In this document: one piece after another, positions 42,419-53,274 of the stretch | How the letters are laid out: the number at the start of each line of letters is the position of its first letter | Position numbering within the stretch: position 1 is the first letter of the stretch | Source: an uncultured Acidobacteriota bacterium | GTDB lineage: Bacteria; Acidobacteriota; UBA6911; RPQK01; JAPXNP01 | DNA: 64,000 nt | Assembly: GCA_963777605.1 (NCBI GenBank) | Contig: CAVZRV010000015.1 | Coordinates: 1 to 64,000 of the forward strand | Reading direction: 5' to 3' | The notes under the pieces: generated by a model | Told to the model about the DNA's origin: nothing | What the model saw: the letters and a program-made list of their open reading frames with translations, nothing else | Database searches by the model: none | Made by a program: the position numbers and the translations under genes

Positions 42419-42934
42419 ATGACGATCGGCGATCCCAACGTAATGACGGCCATGGTGTTTTGCATGATCGGGTTTCTGGTGCTCCAGACGATTGCGCTAC
42501 TTGTCGCGTTGATCCGCGTCACCAGCAGAGTGCGCCAGACAGAAGCAGCGGTCGTGCGGATGGCCGAGATCGTTCGCGATCGGCTGAAGAAAACCCATCA
42601 GACCCTGGAACGACTTGCCTGGATGAACGAGCGGATGCCGATCATTGAAGAGCGCTCGAACGCCTTCCTGGATGCTGGCGGTAATCGCCTCAACCAGTTC
42701 GATGCCAAGGTCGGAGAGACGATCCAGAAAGCCACAGCGCGGGTCGAGGACTCTGGCCGAAAGTTGGAATACGGTCTGGCCCAATTCAACCGGCAAACCA
42801 CTCAACTCATCCGGGATTTCCACTACCCGGCGAGGCACGCCTCCGCGGTCCTGAAGGGCATCAGCGCCGGGATCAAAGCCTGGCGGCAGAAAGGGTCGGA
42901 GATTCCGCTCCAAGACGAAGAGGAATTCATTTGA
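42419..42934 (+). CDS. Hypothetical single-TM coiled-coil protein
   Basis: N-terminal TM then helical region; start uncertain. Confidence 0.6.
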   Translation: MTIGDPNVMTAMVFCMIGFLVLQTIALLVALIRVTSRVRQTEAAVVRMAEIVRDRLKKTHQTLERLAWMNERMPIIEERSNAFLDAGGNRLNQFDAKVGETIQKATARVEDSGRKLEYGLAQFNRQTTQLIRDFHYPARHASAVLKGISAGIKAWRQKGSEIPLQDEEEFI

Positions 42935-43634
42935 TCCCGCGGATTCGTTTCGAGGTTGAGTCTGTCAGCAGCAAGAGTGCATCCACGAGGGTATTGATCG
43001 ATGACGACTGAAACTGCTTCAGGCTGATCGCTTCAGGAGCAGGGTTCAAAAAGTAATCGAGAAGCCGAAGATTCAACTCCCGGCAGATTTTGCGGGATTC
43101 CAGAAGAAAGAGAGACCACTGAATCGCCGGATCGCGACTGGCGGAGAGTTTCAGAATGTAGGTCGATGAGTAGCCTTCAACGAAGTAGCTGTTGAAGACA
43201 TCCTTCAGGTCCTTGGTCGAGATTCGAAGCTCCCGGACGAATTCCCGCGACGACTCCGACTCCCCCTCGGGACCCATTGCCGGCCCATTCATAACGAGTT
43301 CATTGAGCCTTCGGATCGCCTCCAGTATGTAGCCCATCCGATCGACGACGGCCTGAGGATCGGGGGCGACGAGAAAACGATCCCGATTCAGCTTGTTGTG
43401 GTAAATAAAAGTGAGATTGTGCCGAACGATCGATTGGAATTGCGCGTCTGTGAAGGTTTCAAGGCGGTCCGGCTTGAAAGGCTGAAGCGATGCGGTATCG
43501 AGCGACTCAAAGGAAATGGAAAGAATACTCTCCTCGAAAGCGGCGTCTGAACCAGGCCGTGCTTCAACAGCCCAGAGCATGCAACCGGCCAGAAGAAAAC
43601 TCAATGAGGAAAGGACCAGCCTCTTGAGAAGCAA
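42927..43634 (-). CDS. Hypothetical exported helical protein
   Basis: Signal-like N-terminus; long ORF. Confidence 0.6.
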   Translation of the reverse strand: MLLKRLVLSSLSFLLAGCMLWAVEARPGSDAAFEESILSISFESLDTASLQPFKPDRLETFTDAQFQSIVRHNLTFIYHNKLNRDRFLVAPDPQAVVDRMGYILEAIRRLNELVMNGPAMGPEGESESSREFVRELRISTKDLKDVFNSYFVEGYSSTYILKLSASRDPAIQWSLFLLESRKICRELNLRLLDYFLNPAPEAISLKQFQSSSINTLVDALLLLTDSTSKRIRGIK

Positions 43635-43752
43635 TGTGTCTGAAGTCTAAGAGAACCTCCGGTCAGCTGTCAAGGAAGAGACTGGCTCAGACGACCTCGA
43701 CTGGACGGCCCGATTGGTTCTGAACTGGGGTGAGAACCGGAGTCCGAAAACT

Positions 43753-44277
43753 ATGACTGAAATACTTAAGGCAGTGAAATTCCGCAACCTCGACGAGGCC
43801 AGGCAAGTCCTCGCTCAGGTGATCAGTCCCGCCCCTGAGATATTTGATGATGAAGGTGAGGAGCCGGGAGGACTGCTTTCGATCATCCCTGCAGACCGCA
43901 TCGGGGAAGAGGAGTTCCTCAAGCTCTTTGACGTAGGCAAGGGAGTCCTGGTTGAAGTAGAGAAGATCCCCTACTCCGGCTTGGGACCCCCAGCCGACGA
44001 ACGCGACTACATGGGTTTCGTCCACGAACGGTTGGCTTACGTCCTGAAAGGCCGGAGGCTACCCATCGAGATTGAGTCTTGCAGTTTTGGTGCGGTCGAT
44101 TTCCACCACCTCGACCTGCTCGTTCTGGATGGTGCTCACCCCATCGACAGGGAGAAGGTCGGAGTTCACTTCGGACTGGCACCCGACTGGACGTTCGACG
44201 ACCTCTTCGAACTGATCCAGGACAGAGCGGCGACGGCCCAGGAGATCGACAACGTGATCCACCGGGGCATTCACTAG
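43753..44277 (+). CDS. Hypothetical acidic protein
   Basis: Codon usage typical of real genes here; no motif recognised. Confidence 0.6.
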   Translation: MTEILKAVKFRNLDEARQVLAQVISPAPEIFDDEGEEPGGLLSIIPADRIGEEEFLKLFDVGKGVLVEVEKIPYSGLGPPADERDYMGFVHERLAYVLKGRRLPIEIESCSFGAVDFHHLDLLVLDGAHPIDREKVGVHFGLAPDWTFDDLFELIQDRAATAQEIDNVIHRGIH

Positions 44278-44514
44278 CGATCACTGTCCAAGGCCCAACC
44301 ATGGGCGACGGGTAGTAGAATGTCCTTTAACGAGGCGAGTCCTTATACTCAAGCCACTCAGTGAGGAACGACTATGAGAAAAGCGGATGGAGACGCGAAA
44401 CTCCTCCTGGCCGGTGCCTCTCCTCTGGTACGGGCAAGCCCGCCTGATCCCCATGCCGGATACCACATTCAATTCCGACCAGCATCGACTGCCAGAACCT
44501 GAAACGGTCCGGGC

Positions 44515-44675
44515 CCCCCCCCTTTCCTCGACTCCCTAAAAAGGTGGGCCCCTTCAATCTCTCCTTCCAATCCTCCCCCCCCTCTCCCCCCTTCTCCCCC
44601 CCCCCCCCCTTCTCTCTCTCCTCCTCTCCCCCCCCCCCCCTCCCTTTTTCTCTCTCCTCTCACCCCCCCCCCTTT
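44515..44675. other. Low-complexity C/T tract, probable sequencing or assembly artefact
   Basis: Long C runs interspersed with CT; unlike anything else in the window. Confidence 0.7.
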
Positions 44676-44717
44676 GAAGCTCTTGAAGCGTTTCTTGGCA
44701 CTCTATAGCGAATCTTA

Positions 44718-45638
44718 TTACTTGCCCTCCTTGACGAGCCGGCTGAATCTGCGTGGCATCAGGGTCGATCCCTTCAGGCGGGTGTAGACTTGCCCCACCT
44801 CCGCACCGAAGAGGACGATCAGGCTCGTGTAGTAAATCCAGAACAGCATCACGACCAGGGAACCCGCCGCCCCGAAGATCGAGGTCAGGGACGTCCGGCC
44901 GAGATACTGGCTGATGAAGATTTTCCCCACCGTGAAGAGCAGGCCTGTGATCGTCGCCCCAACCAGGATGTCTTCCCAGGCGATCCGAACGTCCGGGATG
45001 TATCGGAACAGAAGAAGGAACAGCAGCGTCGAGAAAAAGAGCGTCATTCCGAGGTCGACAAATTCCCAGAAACGAAACCCAAGAGGAATCTGGATGGCGA
45101 GATGTCCCGAAATTGTGGCGATCGCCGCCGACACGACGACCGAAATAAGGAGCAAAAAGCCGACGGCCAGTACCATCCCGAACGCCACGATGCGAGCCGC
45201 CAGAAAACTCCAAATGTAGAGACCCGGGCGGGTTTCCACGCCCCAGACCTGGTTGAGGGCGGCTTGGAGTTGGGCGAAGACCGCCGTCGCGCCGAGCAGA
45301 AGAAGGGCTACGCCGAGGATCGTTCTCCCCCGTCCGGGGCGCGCGCTTTCGACATTGTCGATAACCGCCGCGACCACCCTGGCCCCTTCCTTTCCCGCGA
45401 TGCTTTCAACCTGGCTCACCAGTTCCGATTTCACCGCCTGGGTCTCGACAAAAGTAGTCGTCAGGCTGAGCAGAATGACCAAAAGTGGGGCCAGCGACAA
45501 CATCGTATAGAAGGCAATTGCGGCGCTGTAGCAGAATGCACTGTCCGCCATAAACTGGAAGATCGACTCTTTGGGAATCGTCCACAGCCAACTGCCAAGT
45601 CTAACGCGCTTTGCCACTGTTCCGTACCGATGTCGCAA
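44718..45638 (-). CDS. YihY/virulence factor BrkB family membrane protein
   Basis: SAAIAFYTMLSLAPLL, FAQLQAALNQVW, FGAAGSLVVMLFWIYY...LFGAE. Confidence 0.92.
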   Translation of the reverse strand: MRHRYGTVAKRVRLGSWLWTIPKESIFQFMADSAFCYSAAIAFYTMLSLAPLLVILLSLTTTFVETQAVKSELVSQVESIAGKEGARVVAAVIDNVESARPGRGRTILGVALLLLGATAVFAQLQAALNQVWGVETRPGLYIWSFLAARIVAFGMVLAVGFLLLISVVVSAAIATISGHLAIQIPLGFRFWEFVDLGMTLFFSTLLFLLLFRYIPDVRIAWEDILVGATITGLLFTVGKIFISQYLGRTSLTSIFGAAGSLVVMLFWIYYTSLIVLFGAEVGQVYTRLKGSTLMPRRFSRLVKEGK

Positions 45639-45821
45639 TGCGACAAGTTTGTGCTCTGATGGAAAGTCATTGACCGGGACTCCGATCCACCGGCCATCCC
45701 TTCGTACGAACTTCTATCACACGACGCCCACTATTGCTGCAGCGAAGTAGCTGCGATCTTCGGTTCAGCCCCTCGCCGCCAGAACGTATACTGCACGTAA
45801 AGAAAGGACAGGGGGTCAACC

Positions 45822-46505
45822 ATGAGCCAGGACGAGAGCCGCACCAAACTTCTTTACACCGAATTTGTCACCCACGACGTCAAATCATTCATTGTCGAAC
45901 GACCTTCAGACTACTCGTTCGAACCAGGACAGGCTGCTGAACTGGCTATCGACTCGCCTGAATGGGCGGAGGAGAAGCGTCCCTTCACCTTCACATCAGA
46001 CGCACACGCACCGGCCCTTCAGTTCATTCTCAAGGGTTACCCCCAGCACCAGGGTGTAACCCAGGCACTGCACGAACTGGAACCGGGGGCGGAGTTGCTG
46101 CTCGGTCCCTCCTGGGGGACCATCACCTACCGGGGACCGGGCGTGTTCATTGCCGGTGGCGCCGGGGTCACACCGTTCATCGCCATCCTCAGAGACCTGC
46201 ACCGTCGCAATGATATTGCAGGCAATGCCCTGTTCTTTTCCAACAAGACCGCGGCAGACATCATCTTGGAGCAGGAGTTCCAGTGGATATTTCGGAAGAG
46301 CCCGGACCAACTGGTTTTCACCCTCACCCGCGATAAGAGGGCAGGCTGCACCGAGGGCCGAATCGACCGCGATTTCATTGCCGACCGGGTTAACGACTTC
46401 TCGCGGCCATTCTATGTGTGCGGTCCGCCCGAGTTCGTGGAATCGATCAAGGATGACCTCAGATCGCTCGGAGCTTCCGCGGACAGCCTGGTCTTCGAGG
46501 AGTGA
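45822..46505 (+). CDS. FAD/NAD(P)-binding ferredoxin-reductase-like oxidoreductase
   Basis: RPFTFTS, FIAGGAGVTPF, YVCGPP, C-terminal FE. Confidence 0.92.
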   Translation: MSQDESRTKLLYTEFVTHDVKSFIVERPSDYSFEPGQAAELAIDSPEWAEEKRPFTFTSDAHAPALQFILKGYPQHQGVTQALHELEPGAELLLGPSWGTITYRGPGVFIAGGAGVTPFIAILRDLHRRNDIAGNALFFSNKTAADIILEQEFQWIFRKSPDQLVFTLTRDKRAGCTEGRIDRDFIADRVNDFSRPFYVCGPPEFVESIKDDLRSLGASADSLVFEE

Positions 46506-46524
46506 GAGGGCCTAGCGGGGCGCG

Positions 46525-46660
46525 GACCTGAAACTTCATTTGGGAGACTTCGAGTTGGAACGCCAAGTCGCCAACCAAGGGCTCTTGGGTTGAAAACAAA
46601 GAAGATCCTTGCGCCTTTGCGGTTCAATCCAGCCGCAGCAAGTTTCACTCTCTGAATGAT
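46525..46660 (-). repeat. Dispersed intergenic element, copy D (about 136 bp)
   Basis: Minus-strand left end ATCATTCAGAGAGTGAAACT (46660-46641) and right end TCCCAAATGAAGTTTCAGGTC (46545-46525). Confidence 0.75.
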
Positions 46661-46821
46661 TCGCGCCGGCCGCCGGGCTACGGCGATCCGGATTCCACCG
46701 TAAAGAGCCTGTTCCAAGCTGAGTCTTCTCCGGCGATCCGGAGGATTCTGTCAGAATTCCGTTGAGCAGAAATGTAGTATTTTTCGCCACAGACCCCACA
46801 CAAGGAAGCAAAGGACTGGAG

Positions 46822-47059
46822 ATGGACAGAACGCGCCGTCGACCGCATTCACGACCGGGCGCAGGATCTTGCCGGTGAACTCGACAGCGCCATCCAGCGA
46901 CTCGATGCCCTGCGAAGTTCGACCAAACTCATGCTCGACAAGCAATACCAGGCCAACATCGCTGCAATGAGCCGATTTTCCGAAAGCCTTGATAAGACGC
47001 TCGACTACATGCAGTCCAGGCTCAACCTTGAGTCTGAAGCCGTTAACGACATGAGCTGA
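46822..47059 (+). CDS. Small amphipathic helical protein, apparently frameshifted just after ATG
   Basis: Frame 46829-47059 reads ERAVDRIHDRAQDLAGELDSAIQRLDALRSSTKLMLDKQYQ...; ATG 46822 with AAGGA RBS is one base out of frame. Confidence 0.45.
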
Positions 47060-47110
47060 TCTTCATCCAGCTGAATACACTCGACAGGCCAAGTAAGAAC
47101 CTCAAGAAAG

Positions 47111-47132
47111 TGGCCGGCCTCAAGGCCGGCCA
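47111..47132. terminator. Hairpin between convergent ORFs
   Basis: TGGCCGGCC-TCAA-GGCCGGCCA. Confidence 0.5.
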
Positions 47133-47218
47133 TCATTCCCCCGGCGCCCCCTGACTGCCACGCCAGGGCTGTCGCTTCCTGGCAGAGTAATCTCAAAGGG
47201 GAACTTGAAAGACGGATT

Positions 47219-48452
47219 CTACCGCTTCCCCTCGTTGAGCCAGATGTCGATTCGCGGCGTCTCCCAGGTGTAGGGCTTGTTCAGGATATCCAGGTCTCCG
47301 TCGCCATCCAGGTCTGCCAACCTGGCTTCGTGCCAGCCGTTGCCCTTCACCAGGATTGTCCTCCGGAAATTACCTTTGCCGTCGCCATAGAGAATCCAGG
47401 CCGTGGCATTCGGGTTGTCCGGTTCTGCCTGCTGCTCGTGCCACTTGGCCATCTCAGCGACGAAGATGTCCATGTTCCCGTCGCCGTCGATGTCACCGAG
47501 TTGAAGACTGTGCCCGTGAACCACGTCACGATCCAGCAGATTCCGCCCCACCCACGCATTGGGGTCAGCGGGGTCACCCCTGCACTCGTGGATCTGAACG
47601 GGGCCTCCGCCGTCTCCCGGAGAAGTGACAATCTGTGGATAGGGAGACGGATTGAACTTGCCGGAAAAAATCAACCCGCCCACCTGGGCGACCTTAATGC
47701 GCTCGAAAGAGCCGTTCGACCGGGCCCGGAACCAGGAGTCATAGGCCAGCAGATCCACTCTTCCGTCGCCATTCACGTCAGCGGCGGACATCCCCTCGGT
47801 GTAAGGCGAAGAAGCGGCCGCCGCACCCGATACCACAGTGCTCAGGGACCAGGTCGCAGCGAATCCCGGATCTTCCGGGATCTGTGCCAGGAAAATAGTC
47901 TTGGCCTGCTGGTTCCAGAATGCCAGTTGAGCTTGCCCTGTACCCAGGAAGTCGCCGAACACCTGGTCGTGATGCTGCTTTTCGCCACCCGACTTGATGA
48001 GACGGCGTTGCCACCGTCGGGCCGGATCAAATGATGGGCTCGGGTTCTCCCACCACCAGACGTCGGGACTCTGCCAGTCTCCTCCGAAAACCACGTCGAG
48101 GTCCCCGTCTCCGTCGATGTCGTACACCGCGCCGCCCGCCTCAACAGTCAGGTAGTCGGGTTCGACGATGTACTGGTTCCATCGAGTACCTTCGCGTCGA
48201 TACCAGACCAGGGCCGGCGGCTTCTGCCGGAAACTGACGATGAACCCGTTGGTTCCATCGCCGTCGAAATCCCCGATCACAACGCCTGTCTGCTGCTTCG
48301 AACCTCCCGGAGGCGCCGGCAGATCTCCCGTAGCACTGGAGAGATGCCGCCATGCCACTTCTGCACCGAAGGCGAGTCGTTATGGGCCCGACGACCAGGC
48401 ACAGAACCAGGCACAAGAAACAACGCCTTGTGGGCTCATCATCGAATAACAT
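47219..48452 (-). CDS. Secreted FG-GAP/VCBS-repeat protein; signal peptide separated by a frameshift near 48375
   Basis: Repeated D.DGDG..D motifs; upstream frame carries MLFDDEPTRRCFLCLVLCLVVG. Confidence 0.82.
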
Positions 48453-48523
48453 CACGCAATTGAGCCGTAGAAGGGACATTCGCAAACGGGCAATTCCCGG
48501 CCACGAATGCACCAACCCAAGTT

Positions 48524-49940
48524 CTAGTATTCGCGGTCAATCTTGATCCCCGGTTCGGGGATGGGATACTTCCCGTCCTTGCCGGCCTGCAGGGGAGCCG
48601 CAGACTTGGCGGTAAGCTGATCCAGTCCTGGAGCAAACTCGTGGTCCGAGTTCAGGATCTGGTCAAACGTGATCAATTGTCCCGTGTGAACAGCCATGCG
48701 CCCCATGGAGGTGACCAGGCTGGCCTCGGCGCCCCGCTTGACTTCGTTGTAGGGCCGGTCTTCACGGATCGCGGCAATCAGGTCCTGCCATTCCAACCGG
48801 TAGGGGTTTCGCTCCGGCTGCGGGAATGCCCAGGTCAGGTCCTGCTCCTTCTTCATGTTCTGCCATTTGTAGGTCCGGCACTTCGCGGGAGTGTGGGACG
48901 AAGTCGAGATCACCGCGGAACCCTTGGTTCCGTGAGCGTAGCTTGCAAACTCGTTGTAGCAACCGTCGATGCACCGACCATGCAGGACCAGAGTCGCATC
49001 GTCGGGAAAGGTGTACTCCACGATGTAGTTGTCGAAATTCTGGTCAATGGCATCGCCCCGGTTAAAACGTCCGCCCAGTCCCTGAGCTTTGACCGGCCAG
49101 GCGCCCTTCATCCAGCAGCACTCGTCGATGTTGTGGATGTAGAAATCGCTGTAGCAACCGCCGCTGGCCCAGAGGAAACTGTGAAACCGCTGGATCTGAT
49201 ACATCAACTCGTTGATTCCGTCCGGCTTCGGGCGGAGACGTGAAGTACCCCACCGGCCCGTGCATCCGGTAGGCACGCAGACTCTCGATGTCACCAATCT
49301 CGCCGTTCTGGATCCGGTCGAGCAGTTCCTTTCGAGCTTCGCAGTGCCGGCACATCAGGCCGACTCCAACCTTCATGTTCTTGGCTTCCGAGATCTCTCC
49401 AAGCTTGAGCATCCGGCGGGTCGTCGGTCCGTCAACCGTGACCGGCTTCTCCATGAAGACGTTGAGTCCCTTTTCGATCGCATAGGTGAAATGGACCCAG
49501 CGAAAGGCGGGAGGGGTAGCCAGGATGACGACATCACCCGGCTTGAGTAAGTCCATGGCGTGCTTGTAAGCGTCGAATCCGAGGAACTTGCGGTCTTCCG
49601 AGACATCGATCTGATCCGGCCCTACAACCGGAGCGTTGGTCTCCAGGTCTTTCTCGTTAGCCTGGACGTCCTTGATTGCCTCATAGCTGTGCTTGAGGCG
49701 CTGTTCGAAAACGTCCGCCATGGCAACCAGCTTGATCGGCCCGTTCTTCACGGCCAGCGCATCCACGGCCGCACCCGAACCGCGGCCGCCACACCCTACC
49801 AGGGCAATCTGGATTGTGTTGTTTTCCGCCGCATAGGCACCGGCAAACAACCCCGAAGCTGCAGCAACACTCGAGGCAACTTTCCCGGTCTCCTTTAAGA
49901 AACCTCTCCGCGAATTCCCCGTTTTCGTGATTTCGCTCAT
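48524..49940 (-). CDS. Tat-exported Gfo/Idh/MocA oxidoreductase, frameshifted near 49232
   Basis: SRRGFLK Tat motif, ALVGCGGRGSG, ATPPAF, FMEKP; second frame continues YIHNID. Confidence 0.88.
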
Positions 49941-50085
49941 TTCCGTCCCTTCCTCATTCACTCCTGGTAAATCGAACCGCCGCGCGATTCGCACACAGAC
50001 TCTCCCCTTCGATTCCCTCAAGTCATCCGGCGGACAACCTGATCATTATAGTCACCCCACTACGCCACACAAGGCCTCATTCTCA

Positions 50086-51496
50086 CTACACCATTCCGGT
50101 CCGGACGGTCTCTTCAGAGATGAAGACACTTCGGCAACCACTCCACCCGGACTCAGCAATCAGGTTCATCGCTGCACGCATCAAGGCATCCCATTCCTCC
50201 GGGTTCTCTTGAAGCAGGAGCGGGACGACTCCTCGAACCAGAGCCAGCCGGCGGAAGGTCGCCTCCACCGGGGTCACGGCAAGGATCGGCTGGCGAGGAC
50301 GATACTTGGAAACGAAGCGGGCCATCTGTCCGGACCGCGTAATGGTCGTGATCTCGTCTACTTTCAACTGCCCGGCCAACCGACACCCCGTCTCAGCAAG
50401 GTGCTCCTTCTGGCATCGTGACGAATTCCGTTCCCGGGCGGGCTCGAGCTCTTCCCAGCCGAATTGCAGCCCGGAATCTTCGGCGGCGCGCACGATCGCG
50501 TCCATGGTTTTCACCGCAGCAACCGGGAAGTTGCCCACCGCCGTTTCCTCTGAAAGCATGACGGCGTCGGTTCCATCCATCACGGCGTTGGCGACATCGG
50601 CTACCTCGGCCCGGGTCGGACGCGGCGAATTCACCATCGACCAAAGCATCTGGGTGGCGGTGATCACCGGTTTTGCAAGGCGGTTGGCCGAGCCGATGAT
50701 CCGTTTCTGGAGGGCCGGGACCCGGGTAAACGGCGTCTCGATGCTCAGGTCACCCCGGGCGATCATGACCCCGTCGGCCTCGCTGAGAATGGCATCGATA
50801 TTCTCAACGGCTGCCTGGGTCTCGATCTTGGCGATCAACGGGGTCGAACCACCCCGATTTTCGATTTCGCGCCTCGCCGTCCGCACGTCATCCGGGCTCC
50901 GCACGAAAGACAGGCCCACGTAGTCTACCCCTTCGGTCAGCCCAAACGCCAAGTCCTCGAGGTCCTTGCTCGAGAGGATCGGAAGTCCGAGCAGGCCGGA
51001 CGGACAATTCACTCCCTTGCGCGAGCTCAGCCTTCCCCCGATACTGACTCGACAGTGAATGTTGGGGCCGTGCTACCTCTTCGACCTCCAGTTCGATCCA
51101 CCCGTCGTTGAGCAGGAGCCGGTCACCCGGCTGGACTTCCTCGGGGAGTTTCCCGTAGGAGACGGAGACGATCGACGCATCACCGCGAACCTTCTGCGTC
51201 GTCAAGACGAAATTCTGTCCCTGCTGCAAATTTACGCTGCCCTCTTCAAAGTCCCCTATCCGGACCTTCGGTCCCGCGAGGTCCTGCAGGATCGCGACCG
51301 AAAGGTTCAGTTCAGCCGACTGGCGGCGTACAGCGCGAATCACGTTGCGATGGCTGTCGTGAGTACCGTGGGAGAAATTGAGTCGCGCGACGTTCATTCC
51401 GGCCTGGATCAGGTCCCGGATCACGGACTCCGATTCGGTCGCCGGTCCGATCGTGCAAACGATCTTGGCTTTTCGGTCTTTCGTGGGGATAGTCAT
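50086..51496 (-). CDS. pyk: Pyruvate kinase, frameshifted near 51066
   Basis: KIVCTIGPA, ARLNFSHG, DLAGPK; IAKIE, MIARGDL, TATQML, DAVMLSEETA. Confidence 0.93.
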
Positions 51497-51672
51497 TTTG
51501 AATCCTCTTCAACGGCGGTGTCGAGAAGATATTGACAAGCCACAGGGCTCAAGTCCAGTGTCTTGCACAGAGAGGACTGCCAGTCTTCCGGCACCCGCTC
51601 GGCGGACCATCAGAGCCCGGAAGAACTCCGTCCGTCCCGTCCCCGGCTGATATGATCAGGGCTTCCTGAGCC

Positions 51673-53144
51673 ATGGCAGCACACGACGAATTCGCCCAAA
51701 AGACAATCAGCGGCCTGGGCTGGAGCATGACCAGCCAGCTCGGCCGCCAGGGACTCGGCCTTATTCTGGGGATTGTCCTGGCCCGGCTTCTCTCCCCCGC
51801 GAGTTCGGCCTGATCGCCATGGTGCTGGTCTTCTCGGGATTTGCTGCCCTCATCACCGAGTTCGGGTTCGTCAGCACACTGGTACAGAAACGGGACGTCC
51901 GCGACGAGCATCTGAACTCCGTCTTCTGGTTCAACTGCAGCCTGGGGATTCTGCTGGCCGGCCTTTTCGTGATCCTCGCGCCACTGGTCGCAGACTTCTA
52001 CGACGAACCCGCACTCACGGCGCCGGCACGAGCCATGGCCGCCGCGTTTCCACTCTGGACCGTCAGCACGGTACAACGGGCCCTGCTCTCCCGAGGAATG
52101 GATTTCAGGCGACTGGCGATAGGTGAGATCGCAGGAGTGGGGCTGGGAGGGATTGCCGCGGTCGTCGCGGCGGTCTCTAACATGGGGGTCTGGAGCCTGG
52201 TCATTCAACAACTTCTCCAGCCGGCGATCTCTTCACTGGTGCTCTGGATCCTGTGCCGGTGGAGGCCACACTTGCAATTCCGCTGGTCGGCACTGCGTGA
52301 CCTGATGGGTTTCGGCCTCAACGTCCTCGGCTACCGCGGCCTCAGCCACTGGAGCCACAATCTCGATTCCCTGCTTGTAGGCCGCTTCCTTGGCAGCAGT
52401 CCGCTCGGGATTTACGATCTCGCGTACCGGATCATGCAGTTCCCGGTCTGGAACGTCTCGCGCTCTCTCCACCGGGTTATGTTCTCTTCGTTCTCAAAGA
52501 TCCAGGATCAACGGGATCGCATCCGGGAGGTGTTCCTTAGAGCCGTGAGTGTTGTGGCGCTGGCCGTCTTCCCGCTTATGCTCGGCACCCTCGCGACCGC
52601 GCCGTACCTGGTGGAAACCGTCTTCGGACGGGACTGGATCGCGATGGTTCCCGTTCTTCAGATTTTCTGCATCGCCTCGATCTTCGAATCCGTCGCCGGG
52701 CTGACGAGCATGCTCTTTCTGTCACAGGGTCGTGCCGATCTCCAGTTCCGGGTGGGCATTTTTCTGAAGATCAACACCCTTGCAGGCATCGTGATCGGGC
52801 TTCGCTGGGGTGTCACCGGGGTTGCTGCGGGATACACGGTGGCCTCGATCATCAATTTCTTCCCCGCCTTCCACTTCTCGGGACGACTCGTCTCGATGCC
52901 GTTTCGGAGACTGGTCAGCACCTCGCTGCCGATGCTGGCGGCCGCGACCGTCATGTCTCTGGCGGTCCACGCAACAAGCCTCACTCTCCCCCCGGGATGG
53001 CCCGCACCTGTCAAACTCATTCTCCTGATCTGTGTCGGCGTTATGGTCTACGGAGCCATAGTCTTCGGTTTTCGGTTGCGCGCCTGGGAAGAGAGTCGCA
53101 ATTTCATCCGCACACAGATGATCGCTCGCAGAACTGGGCAGTGA
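51673..53144 (+). CDS. Wzx-type polysaccharide flippase, frameshifted near 51795
   Basis: GLGWS...LARLLSP(R)EFGL restored by one extra C in a C run; LLVGRFLGSSPLGIYDLAY; many TM helices. Confidence 0.88.
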
Positions 53145-53274
53145 ACTCCGCTGGCGAAACCGAAGACGGCACCGATCGTCAACACGTCCGGGGAGCGGAT
53201 GCCCTCCAGAAGACTTGACTCTCCCTAAAAGCTCGAATAACAAGGAATCAGGAATTGGGTCCTGAGGAGGTGCT

